Of a stretch of DNA of 30,386 nucleotides, positions 1 through 6,740 are shown piece by piece; the first letter of the stretch is position 1; the number at the start of each line of letters is the position of its first letter. Source of the DNA: a virus (Duplodnaviria > Caudoviricetes); IMG/VR virus record IMGVR_UViG_3300035164_000375, positions 1 to 30,386 of that record; one strand, written 5' to 3'. The notes below the pieces were generated by a model. The model saw only the letters and a program-made list of their open reading frames with translations, searched no databases and was not told the DNA's origin. The position numbers and the translations under genes were made by a program.

Positions 1-777
1 CTTACTTATAATGCTATGAGCTTAGATTTCAAGGGCAAACTGTATGATTACTTTGGAGGTATGGATCATCTACAAGACAGAGTAAGCAGTTTTGTAGGGG
101 ACGCAGACCAAAGAATCAAAGAAGATTACTTAAGAATATTAAGGTACTTTAGGTTTCAAGGTAGATTAGAAGATCCTACATGGGATAAGGATACTTTACA
201 GGCTGTGAAAGATAATGTGCAAGGTTTAGCAAGGGTAAGTCCAGAAAGAATTTGGTCTGAAATAAGAAAGATATTAGTATCTAGGAATCCAGAAGAAATA
301 TTGGCATACATAGGAAGCACAGGTGTAGGTAAGCAGATAGGACTTGCAACAGCTAATGCAAAAAAACTTGCTAGATTAGAACGCACTAAAAATCCTATCG
401 TGCCTTTAGCCGTATTAGTTGATAATACTACACTTGCCCAAAAATGGAAAATGAGTAATAAAGAATCAGCACTTCTAAACTTTTTGGTAAAGTACAAAAA
501 TAAACCTATGAACAAAGACCTTGCAATAGGATTGCTACATGATGGTGTAAGCAAAGATGCATTATTACATCTGCTGAATATACAAAGCAAATTTAATCTT
601 GCAGATGTTATTAGGACATATGAACAGCCCGACTTTCCAGTGACAGGCAAAGATCTAATTTCAAAAGGTATGAAGCCAGGTATCGAAATAGGTAAAACTC
701 TTGACGCATTAAAAAACAAATGGAAGTCGAGCAAGTATAAACTTACAAAGCAAGATCTACTAAAAAATATCAAATAA
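1..777 (+). CDS. cca: CCA-adding enzyme / tRNA nucleotidyltransferase (class II), 5'-truncated by window edge
   Basis: The frame is open from position 1 and reads LTYNAM, the end of the RDxTxNAM motif. It continues with LYDYFGG, RIKEDYLRILRYFRF (EDxLR motif), SPERIWSEI and a C-terminal FPVTGKDL...PG..IG..L. Poly(A) polymerase cannot be strictly excluded. Confidence 0.88.
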   Translation, partial: LTYNAMSLDFKGKLYDYFGGMDHLQDRVSSFVGDADQRIKEDYLRILRYFRFQGRLEDPTWDKDTLQAVKDNVQGLARVSPERIWSEIRKILVSRNPEEILAYIGSTGVGKQIGLATANAKKLARLERTKNPIVPLAVLVDNTTLAQKWKMSNKESALLNFLVKYKNKPMNKDLAIGLLHDGVSKDALLHLLNIQSKFNLADVIRTYEQPDFPVTGKDLISKGMKPGIEIGKTLDALKNKWKSSKYKLTKQDLLKNIK

Positions 778-843
778 TTATTATTGCGTTTTTAACAAGA
801 CAGCCATGCAACCGGTTTTCATGCATTTATGACGCCTACATGG

Positions 844-849
844 TAAATA
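844..849 (+). promoter_or_regulatory. T4-like late promoter core TAAATA
   Basis: Intergenic TAAATA directly ahead of the structured leader; the same motif recurs before many genes in the window. Confidence 0.6.
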
Positions 850-853
850 CAGT

Positions 854-990
854 TGAACGCAATGTTCACACACATATAGACACTAGGAAAGACTAGGGCA
901 CGGCATCAGTGCCATACAAGCGATTGACGGTTACCAAAGGTAATTGCACCGCCGGGGAAGTTCCGGGGTATTGCTTTCCTCAAGCATCCA
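854..990 (+). ncRNA. Putative structured leader RNA / cis-regulatory element
   Basis: GC-rich non-coding tract with consecutive hairpins: TGAAC/GTTCA (854-868), CTAG-GAAAGA-CTAG (883-896), GGCAC/GTGCC (897-913), CGGTTACC-AAA-GGTAATTG (928-946), CCGGGG-AAG-TTCCGG (952-966) and TGCTT-TCCTC-AAGCA (972-986). Confidence 0.55.
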
Positions 991-1015
991 AAATTAAAAT
1001 TCTTAAGGAGATTAT

Positions 1016-1189
1016 ATGAAAAGTCTATACGACATTCTTGCGAATATTTTTGACTGGATGACAACGCCAGCCAATAATGACGCAGAGCTCATGAGATGGG
1101 CAAAAGTAGAATATGGTAGGCATTGGAGACAGGCCTATCTACAAATGAAAGCCAATCCAGGCGTTGTACCTAGAGGAGAAAATATATAA
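1016..1189 (+). CDS. Small hypothetical protein (57 aa, MKSLYDILANIFDW...RWAKVEYGRHWRQAY...)
   Basis: Not in the ORF track. SD AAGGAG at 1005-1010; its stop overlaps the next ATG (TAATG). Confidence 0.75.
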   Translation: MKSLYDILANIFDWMTTPANNDAELMRWAKVEYGRHWRQAYLQMKANPGVVPRGENI

Positions 1190-1335
1190 TGGGTAAAATA
1201 TTAAAAACTTTAACTAATTTTTTTAGTTATCAACATTACAGGCAAGCATTAGTTGAAGACTATTTAGGCAAATCATCAGATCTAGCAGAGCTAGAAAGAA
1301 GGCAACAAGAACTAGCACGAAAGGGGATATATTAA
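1189..1335 (+). CDS. Small protein, DUF3563-like (48 aa, ...EDYLGKSSDLAELERRQQELARKGIY)
   Basis: Not in the ORF track. SD GAGGAG; TAATG coupling at both ends. The YLxxSxDxxxLERR pattern resembles DUF3563 (from recall). Confidence 0.7.
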   Translation: MGKILKTLTNFFSYQHYRQALVEDYLGKSSDLAELERRQQELARKGIY

Positions 1336-1508
1336 TGACCAGCATAACAGCAACCTATTGTGCTTTTTGCGAAGCTATGTCAAACTTCGGAAAAGCATTT
1401 ATGAAATCATGCGATGCAATAGCAAGAGCCAGAGCGGCGAATGAGATGACTCGTATGGGACTACATAAAGAAGCAAAGGCATTAATGACTAGCAACGAGG
1501 AGAAGTAA
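1335..1508 (+). CDS. Small hypothetical protein (57 aa, MTSITATYCAFCEAM...ARARAANEMTRMG...)
   Basis: Not in the ORF track. TAATG coupling; contains CxxC; ends 2 nt before the pseudoazurin start. Confidence 0.7.
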   Translation: MTSITATYCAFCEAMSNFGKAFMKSCDAIARARAANEMTRMGLHKEAKALMTSNEEK

Positions 1509-1510
1509 GC

Positions 1511-1945
1511 ATGAAAAACTTAATTGCATTAGTAGTAACAGTATTTTCAGTAGTTTTTGTATCTAGTATGGCGTATTCAGCAGACATGTCAATCGACATG
1601 TTGAATAAACTAGGAAAAGAAAAAATGGTTTATTCTGTTGATGTCGCTGAGATTGACGTGGGAGACACCATCACTTGGTTACCAGCATCCAAAGGACACA
1701 ATGTACATTTCATTGCAGGTCCAGACGGATGGGAGTTACCAAAGAAAAGTAAGAACAACAAAGAAGTTGCGATTACTTTTGACACACCAGGCGTATACCT
1801 TTACCAGTGTACACCACATGCTTCAATGGGCATGATTGCACTTGTAATAGTCGGCGGAGATACATCAAACCTAGATGCTATTGCGAAGGCTAAGGTAAGA
1901 GGAAAAAGCAAAAAGAAACTTAAAAAGTTACTTGGAGAACTTTAA
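1511..1945 (+). CDS. Pseudoazurin (blue copper cupredoxin) with signal peptide
   Basis: Sec-type signal peptide ending AYSA; type-1 copper ligands in GHNVHF and YQCTPHASMGM; C-terminal helices typical of pseudoazurin. Confidence 0.9.
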   Translation: MKNLIALVVTVFSVVFVSSMAYSADMSIDMLNKLGKEKMVYSVDVAEIDVGDTITWLPASKGHNVHFIAGPDGWELPKKSKNNKEVAITFDTPGVYLYQCTPHASMGMIALVIVGGDTSNLDAIAKAKVRGKSKKKLKKLLGEL

Positions 1946-1998
1946 TGTGGCCTTACACCGATGAGGAAAATGATTTCTTAAGCGGTCGAACCAAATAA
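1945..1998 (+). CDS. Putative 17-aa peptide MWPYTDEENDFLSGRTK
   Basis: TAATG overlap with the pseudoazurin stop; SD GGAG at 1934-1937; ends immediately before a terminator. Confidence 0.5.
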   Translation: MWPYTDEENDFLSGRTK

Positions 1999-2000
1999 TC

Positions 2001-2028
2001 TAAGCCAGGGAAACCTGGCTTATTTTTT
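2001..2028 (+). terminator. Rho-independent terminator
   Basis: TAAGCCAGG-GAAA-CCTGGCTTA followed by TTTTTT. Confidence 0.85.
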
Positions 2029-2119
2029 CTATTTGATAAATACCTTGATAAGAAAACAAGGTTAATTTTTTTTTGACCAAAATTTTTTTTGACTTGACAA
2101 CAGCAAAAAGGAAAAATAA

Positions 2120-2920
2120 ATGACGCAACTAATATCCCCCACAAAGTTTACTAAAACAGTTGGCCTTTTAAGGTCATTTTTTTTGGACAAAGGGTTTGAA
2201 GAAGTCCACACACAAAATAGATTATCAATACTCGCCGCATGTGAAGATCCATTCAATGTAGCAACTTACAATTATGCAGGGCAGGTTTGGCCCTTGCCAC
2301 AAACAGGCCAGATGTGGCTAGAACACGAACTATTAAGTAGCCCCTCTAGTAAGGGGTTTTTTTGTGTCTCCACTTCCTATAGACAGGAACCAAATGCAGT
2401 AGAAGGCAGACATGATATTATATTTCCAATGTTTGAATTTGAAATGCCAGGCAACGTAGACAACTTAAAAGAAATGGAAATAGAACTCTGTGAATATCTA
2501 GGCTTTCCTAAACTTTCAGATCAGACTTATTTTAAATGGGTATCAGATTTTGATGTAGAAGAACTGGATCATGAGCATGAAGAAAAGATAGGCCATGGAA
2601 TGATCACACACTTTCCTGAGTTTACAAGTCCTTTCTGGAACATGTCTAGAAACGCAGATGGAGTCACAAGTAAAAAGATTGATGTGATATTGGGCGGTAT
2701 GGAAACAATAGGATCAGCTGAACGATCAACTGATGTAGAACAGATGCGTGATACGTTTCACACAATCACAAACGGAGAATACTCTGAACTACTGTTCAAA
2801 CTGTTTGGCAAAGACAGAGTAGAAGCAGAGTTAGAAAAGTTCTTGGAGTTTGATTTCTTTCCTAGAGTAGGTGGAGGAATAGGAATGACAAGAATGATAA
2901 GTGCATTGGACAAGATATAA
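2120..2920 (+). CDS. Class IIb aminoacyl-tRNA synthetase catalytic-core paralog (AsnRS/AspRS-like or archaeal-type asparagine synthetase-like), no anticodon-binding domain
   Basis: Motif 1 LRSFFLDKGFEEVHT; LPQTGQMWLE; motif 2 SYRQE...GRHD..F.MFEFE; DVILGGMETIGSAER; motif 3 PRVGGGIGMTR. Motif 1 begins about 15 aa from the start, leaving no room for the N-terminal OB fold. Confidence 0.85.
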   Translation: MTQLISPTKFTKTVGLLRSFFLDKGFEEVHTQNRLSILAACEDPFNVATYNYAGQVWPLPQTGQMWLEHELLSSPSSKGFFCVSTSYRQEPNAVEGRHDIIFPMFEFEMPGNVDNLKEMEIELCEYLGFPKLSDQTYFKWVSDFDVEELDHEHEEKIGHGMITHFPEFTSPFWNMSRNADGVTSKKIDVILGGMETIGSAERSTDVEQMRDTFHTITNGEYSELLFKLFGKDRVEAELEKFLEFDFFPRVGGGIGMTRMISALDKI

Positions 2921-2925
2921 AATAG

Positions 2926-3026
2926 TCTGGGGTGGTGAAATAGGTAGACACGTACGACTGTTAATCGTATGCTGAATGTACTGCAATATATTTAGTGTGG
3001 AGGTTCGAGTCCTCCCCCCAGAGCCA
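2926..3026 (+). tRNA. tRNA with Asn anticodon (GTT) on a class II (long variable arm) body, CCA encoded
   Basis: Acceptor stem TCTGGGG/CCCCAGA, G73, CCA at 3024-3026. D region TGGTGAAATAGGTAGACACG. Anticodon arm TACGA-CTGTTAA-TCGTA. Variable stem GCTGAATGTA/TATATTTAGT. T arm GGAGG-TTCGAGT-CCTCC. Confidence 0.92.
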
Positions 3027-3053
3027 ATGTTAATAACTTTGTATAACTTTTTC

Positions 3054-3082
3054 TTGACAAGTAATATTTCTTATGCTATTGT
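3054..3082 (+). promoter_or_regulatory. Sigma70-type (early) promoter
   Basis: TTGACA, 17-nt spacer containing a TGn extension, then TATTGT. Confidence 0.65.
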
Positions 3083-3183
3083 ATAAGTAAAAGTGTAACA
3101 ATAATGTTACCAGCCAGGCATTAGTCGAGCCTGGTCTAATTTGTGAGTACCGTGGTAAAAGCGGTAAGCAGAGGAGATAAAAA

Positions 3184-4143
3184 ATGGACGCACTCACCTT
3201 ATGGATGGCAGTGGGTTTCCTATTTGCAGGATACGCCGTCATCGCAAACGATTCAGTACAAACTCTCGGTACATGGATTGCATCAAACAATGAGAGATTC
3301 AATTGGAAAATTATGTGGGGAGCGGCTTCGGCCGTTTTGTTATGGACACTTTGGTATGGTTGGTACACCAATGGCGGTGACATCAGCTATGGCAGACTGA
3401 ATAAGATTCCATTTGAAGAAATTAAGTGGTACCATGCTATGGCGCCTGGAATATTATTAATACTTACACGTATAGGTGTACCTGTATCAACATCTTTCCT
3501 TGTGTTATCAGCATTTGCTTCTACGTTTGTTCTAGAGAAAATGCTTATGAAATCAATGATGGGATATGCTGTCGCGGCTATGGCGGCTTATGCTATTTGG
3601 ATAATTGTGAGTAAGATACTAGATGAAGCAAAACCAGTTAAAGAAGAACACAAATCATATTGGCGTGTAGGTCAGTGGGTAACAACAGGCTTTCTGTGGT
3701 TCACCTGGCTATCACATGACATGGCAAACATAGCAGTATTTCTACCAAGAGAAATACCTTATGATCTAATGATTATGATCAGTGTCGTGTTTATAGCAGG
3801 ACTTGCCTATATGTTTAGAGAGGGTGGAGGTAAGATACAAAAGATTGTTTTGGAGAAACATAATACCCGTTATGTAAGATCTGCTACAATTATTGATTGT
3901 GTATACTTCCTAATACTTTGGTTCTTCAAAGAACTAAATGACATTCCAATGTCAACAACATGGGTGTTCGTTGGGTTACTATGCGGACGTGAACTTGCTA
4001 TGGCAACAGTTTTTGGTAAAGAAAAGTTTAAAACTGTATTTCCTTTGGTTACCAAAGACTTCTTTAAGATGATGATCGGGCTAGGAGCATCAGTCGGAGT
4101 TGTGTTAGCAATTCATTATGTTATAGTACCAAACGGACTATAG
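3184..4143 (+). CDS. PiT-family-like (phosphate/sulfate permease-related) membrane transporter
   Basis: About 9-10 TM segments; duplicated PiT-like signatures IANDSVQTLGT / SHDMANIA and GVPVSTS / IPMSTTWVFVG; SD GAGGAG. Confidence 0.65.
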   Translation: MDALTLWMAVGFLFAGYAVIANDSVQTLGTWIASNNERFNWKIMWGAASAVLLWTLWYGWYTNGGDISYGRLNKIPFEEIKWYHAMAPGILLILTRIGVPVSTSFLVLSAFASTFVLEKMLMKSMMGYAVAAMAAYAIWIIVSKILDEAKPVKEEHKSYWRVGQWVTTGFLWFTWLSHDMANIAVFLPREIPYDLMIMISVVFIAGLAYMFREGGGKIQKIVLEKHNTRYVRSATIIDCVYFLILWFFKELNDIPMSTTWVFVGLLCGRELAMATVFGKEKFKTVFPLVTKDFFKMMIGLGASVGVVLAIHYVIVPNGL

Positions 4144-4151
4144 TAGGTGGG

Positions 4152-4179
4152 GGTGATGTGCTGACTAGCATCACCTTTT
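4152..4179 (+). terminator. Probable rho-independent terminator
   Basis: GGTGATG...CATCACC stem followed by TTTT. Confidence 0.6.
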
Positions 4180-4182
4180 CAC

Positions 4183-4211
4183 TTGACAACGATATGAATT
4201 TGTTATATACT
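4183..4211 (+). promoter_or_regulatory. Sigma70-type (early) promoter for prs
   Basis: TTGACA-N17-TATACT. Confidence 0.75.
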
Positions 4212-4248
4212 TGTATAAAATTCACCAGGAGGAAGGCTTACTTTGAGA

Positions 4249-5184
4249 ATGAAAATACTATCAGGAAATGCTAACCGGAAATTAGCAACAGAAATTGCGG
4301 AACATTGTTTCGCAAAACTTGTCCCTGCCAACATCAGCACCTTTGCTGACGGCGAGTCAAGTGTAGAGTTTTTGGAAAACATCAGAGGAGAAGATGTTTT
4401 CATAGTACAATCAACTTGTGCACCTGTTAATGACAGCATGATGGAACTAATGATTATGATAGATGCGGCCAAACGTAGTTCAGCATCACGTATCACTGCG
4501 GTCATGCCATACTACGGTTATGCTAGACAGGATCGTAAGAGTGCAAGTCGCACACCTATCACGGCAAAGTTAGTTGCCAATCTCATTACAAAAGCAGGAG
4601 CAGATAGGATCTTAACTATGGACTTACATGCTGGTCAAATTCAGGGTTTCTTTGATATACCTGTAGACGATTTAACAAGCAGGTTGGTCTTTGCCAAAGA
4701 TATTAAAAAGACTATTGGCACTTTACCTGAGGAAACAGTTTTTGTTTCACCAGATGCTGGGGGAACCGCAAGAGCAAGGAAGTTTGCTGACATGTTTAAT
4801 GCCAATATTGCTATCGTTGATAAACGAAGACCACAGGCAGGTGTTGCTGAAGTAATGAATCTTATAGGTGACGTTGAAGGTAAACATGCGATCCTAGTAG
4901 ATGACATTGTTGACTCGGGCGGTACACTTTGTAATGCGGCCAAGGCTATCTTAGATGCCAATGCATTAACAGTCAGAGCTTACATTACACACGGAGTATT
5001 ATCTGATGATGCTTGTCAAAAGGTTGAAAAGAGTGTGTTAGAAGAACTTGTTATAACTGATAGCATTCCTGACCGTTGTCCTAAGAACTGTAAGAAAACA
5101 AGGCAGGTTTCTGTATCACAACTGTTTGGTGAAGCAATTAGAAGAGTAACCAATGAAGAATCAGTAAGTAGTTTATTTTCATAA
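4249..5184 (+). CDS. prs: Ribose-phosphate pyrophosphokinase
   Basis: Motifs FADGE, PYYGYARQDRK, MDLHAGQIQGFFDIPVD, VSPDAGG and LVDDIVDSGGTL. The start may instead be TTG 4243. Confidence 0.96.
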   Translation: MKILSGNANRKLATEIAEHCFAKLVPANISTFADGESSVEFLENIRGEDVFIVQSTCAPVNDSMMELMIMIDAAKRSSASRITAVMPYYGYARQDRKSASRTPITAKLVANLITKAGADRILTMDLHAGQIQGFFDIPVDDLTSRLVFAKDIKKTIGTLPEETVFVSPDAGGTARARKFADMFNANIAIVDKRRPQAGVAEVMNLIGDVEGKHAILVDDIVDSGGTLCNAAKAILDANALTVRAYITHGVLSDDACQKVEKSVLEELVITDSIPDRCPKNCKKTRQVSVSQLFGEAIRRVTNEESVSSLFS

Positions 5185-5507
5185 TGGAATTTTTAATTAA
5201 AACAATAATAGGCGGAATAATAATTGCTACAGTTAGTTCTGTAAGTCAAAAGTATCCAACCATAGGAGCATTTGTGTTAGGTATACCTTTGGCAAGTATT
5301 GTTTCTTTTATATTTTTATACTATGCTGGAGTTGATGTGCAAACATTTAAAACTTTAAGTATTCAAACTATCTATTTTGTTTTAATTAGTTTACTGTTCT
5401 TTCCAATATTTGTATATCTATTACCAGCTTATGGTTTCTGGGTAGCAATGGCAATAGGCTGTACTGTTACTGGATCACTTATGTTCGGTTTGTTTAGGTA
5501 CCTGTAA
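5184..5507 (+). CDS. Small 4-TM membrane protein (DUF3147/GlpM-like)
   Basis: Four hydrophobic segments; K..IGG.II...S...KYP..GA....IPL.S pattern; TAATG coupling to prs. Confidence 0.65.
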   Translation: MEFLIKTIIGGIIIATVSSVSQKYPTIGAFVLGIPLASIVSFIFLYYAGVDVQTFKTLSIQTIYFVLISLLFFPIFVYLLPAYGFWVAMAIGCTVTGSLMFGLFRYL

Positions 5508-5663
5508 GCAAACAAATTGTTTGCCATAATCACTTGGAAAGAAAGTTTTTCTAGATTCGGCGGCATATTCACATCTTGGTAGGTTATCATAATGGTCTTT
5601 GTGTTCAATCATCACAGATCCATCTGCCAGGGCTGTTACAAGTATTAACAGCCAGTCCTTCAT
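5475..5663 (-). CDS. Small two-cysteine protein (family recurring in this window)
   Basis: Coupled to the lipase gene (TAATG); hydrophobic N-terminus; YDNLPRC...FVC. Confidence 0.6.
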   Translation of the reverse strand: MKDWLLILVTALADGSVMIEHKDHYDNLPRCEYAAESRKTFFPSDYGKQFVCLQVPKQTEHK

Positions 5664-6409
5664 TATAGTGCCTTTTCTATTTGATCATGATAGGCTTGAA
5701 TGTCGTGATCACCAATTGAATCAAACTTTTTGGCCTTTATACCAGCCCACATTCCTTTACACCAATCTTTGAATCCTGGTTTACCTATCTTACAATCACT
5801 GGTTATATAGTGTAAATTACCATGATGTCTATAACCCATTATCCATAAAGGAACTTTGGTAACTATATCGTTGTTATTTCTCCAACGATGATGTTCTACA
5901 TTCAAACTCTTGCAGTATTTGGACCAGCCTACTCTTGGTGATCCGTATGTATATAATTCTATAGGATCATTCAAGTTATCATTGTGTTTAGCTCTACTCG
6001 CCATAATAGTTGCCATTGCGGCTCCTAAGCTATGTCCACAAAACCATAAGTTCTTTTTTAAGTTTACTTTTCTATCTATGTCTTCACAAACCATTGGCCA
6101 AAGTTCATCTACTTCTTCTTTGAAACCTTTATGCACTCTGCTTACAGTTTCAGCCATAACAGGTATAGCTTTTAAATCTGCACTTATATCGTTCCATTGT
6201 GTTGGTTCTGTACCTCTACATGCTATTATCAAATCAGTTTTATTCATAAAACGATATGCTTGAGCACCTTTTTTATCGTAGAACTCTACAGTAGAGAAAC
6301 CTAATTTTTTTGCTTGACTTGTTGCTTTTTTAATGTTATTATAAGCAATCTTAGATAATTTAGCAAACAGTAAGGATCTATCCTTGAAATTTAACTTACT
6401 TACATTCAT
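5663..6409 (-). CDS. Lipase class 3 (alpha/beta hydrolase)
   Basis: Motifs IIACRGTE, VHKGF, nucleophile elbow GHSLG, YTYGSPRVG, NNNDIVTKVP and a C-terminal DH. Confidence 0.9.
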   Translation of the reverse strand: MNVSKLNFKDRSLLFAKLSKIAYNNIKKATSQAKKLGFSTVEFYDKKGAQAYRFMNKTDLIIACRGTEPTQWNDISADLKAIPVMAETVSRVHKGFKEEVDELWPMVCEDIDRKVNLKKNLWFCGHSLGAAMATIMASRAKHNDNLNDPIELYTYGSPRVGWSKYCKSLNVEHHRWRNNNDIVTKVPLWIMGYRHHGNLHYITSDCKIGKPGFKDWCKGMWAGIKAKKFDSIGDHDIQAYHDQIEKAL

Positions 6410-6435
6410 ATTTTTGCACCCTCTTTATACATCTA

Positions 6436-6459
6436 TATTTATCTGTAGCCAGCTAAATA
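6436..6459. promoter_or_regulatory. Back-to-back divergent late promoters
   Basis: TATTTA at 6436-6441 (minus-strand TAAATA, facing the lipase) and TAAATA at 6454-6459 (facing ORF 6480). Confidence 0.6.
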
Positions 6460-6479
6460 CGTAGTAAGGATATATTAAA

Positions 6480-6740
6480 ATGAAAAAAGTTACTAGATCT
6501 ATATTACAAGAGCTTAATAACCTTAGTCTAAATAAGGATAGAGAAAGCCTAATAGCCACTACAGGGCAAAATTTAATAGAAAGCACTGTGAATCTATTCC
6601 AAAAGATATCTGAGCATTACTCAGATGAAGAAGCATTAGAGCTTGAACGTAGATTTATTAATAGTATTAGGACGGGCGATGCAAAAAAATTTAGACGTGG
6701 TATTTCAAAGATAAAAGAGAGCAAAAAGCATGATTCTTAA
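6480..6740 (+). CDS. Hypothetical phage protein (86 aa)
   Basis: SD AAGGA; preceded by a late promoter; overlaps the next gene. Confidence 0.75.
   Translation: MKKVTRSILQELNNLSLNKDRESLIATTGQNLIESTVNLFQKISEHYSDEEALELERRFINSIRTGDAKKFRRGISKIKESKKHDS

Noticed and set aside
156-773. Long minus-strand ORFs (e.g. 156-773, 5910-6263 on +, 7593-7958, 8007-8414, 14136-14657)
   Set aside because: These are antisense shadows of well-supported genes, with no SD, promoter or recognisable motifs.
790-840. ATGACGCCTAC resembles the 3' end of a fluoride riboswitch
   Set aside because: The required 5' GGCGATGG.GTTCGCC stem and pseudoknot partner are absent, and no fluoride-related gene follows.
2970-2998. 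The extra tRNA segment read as an intron, or the tRNA read as tRNA-Sec or an allo-tRNA
   Set aside because: The insert sits at the variable-arm position and forms a clean stem. The acceptor and T stems are a canonical 7/5 and the anticodon is GTT, not TCA.
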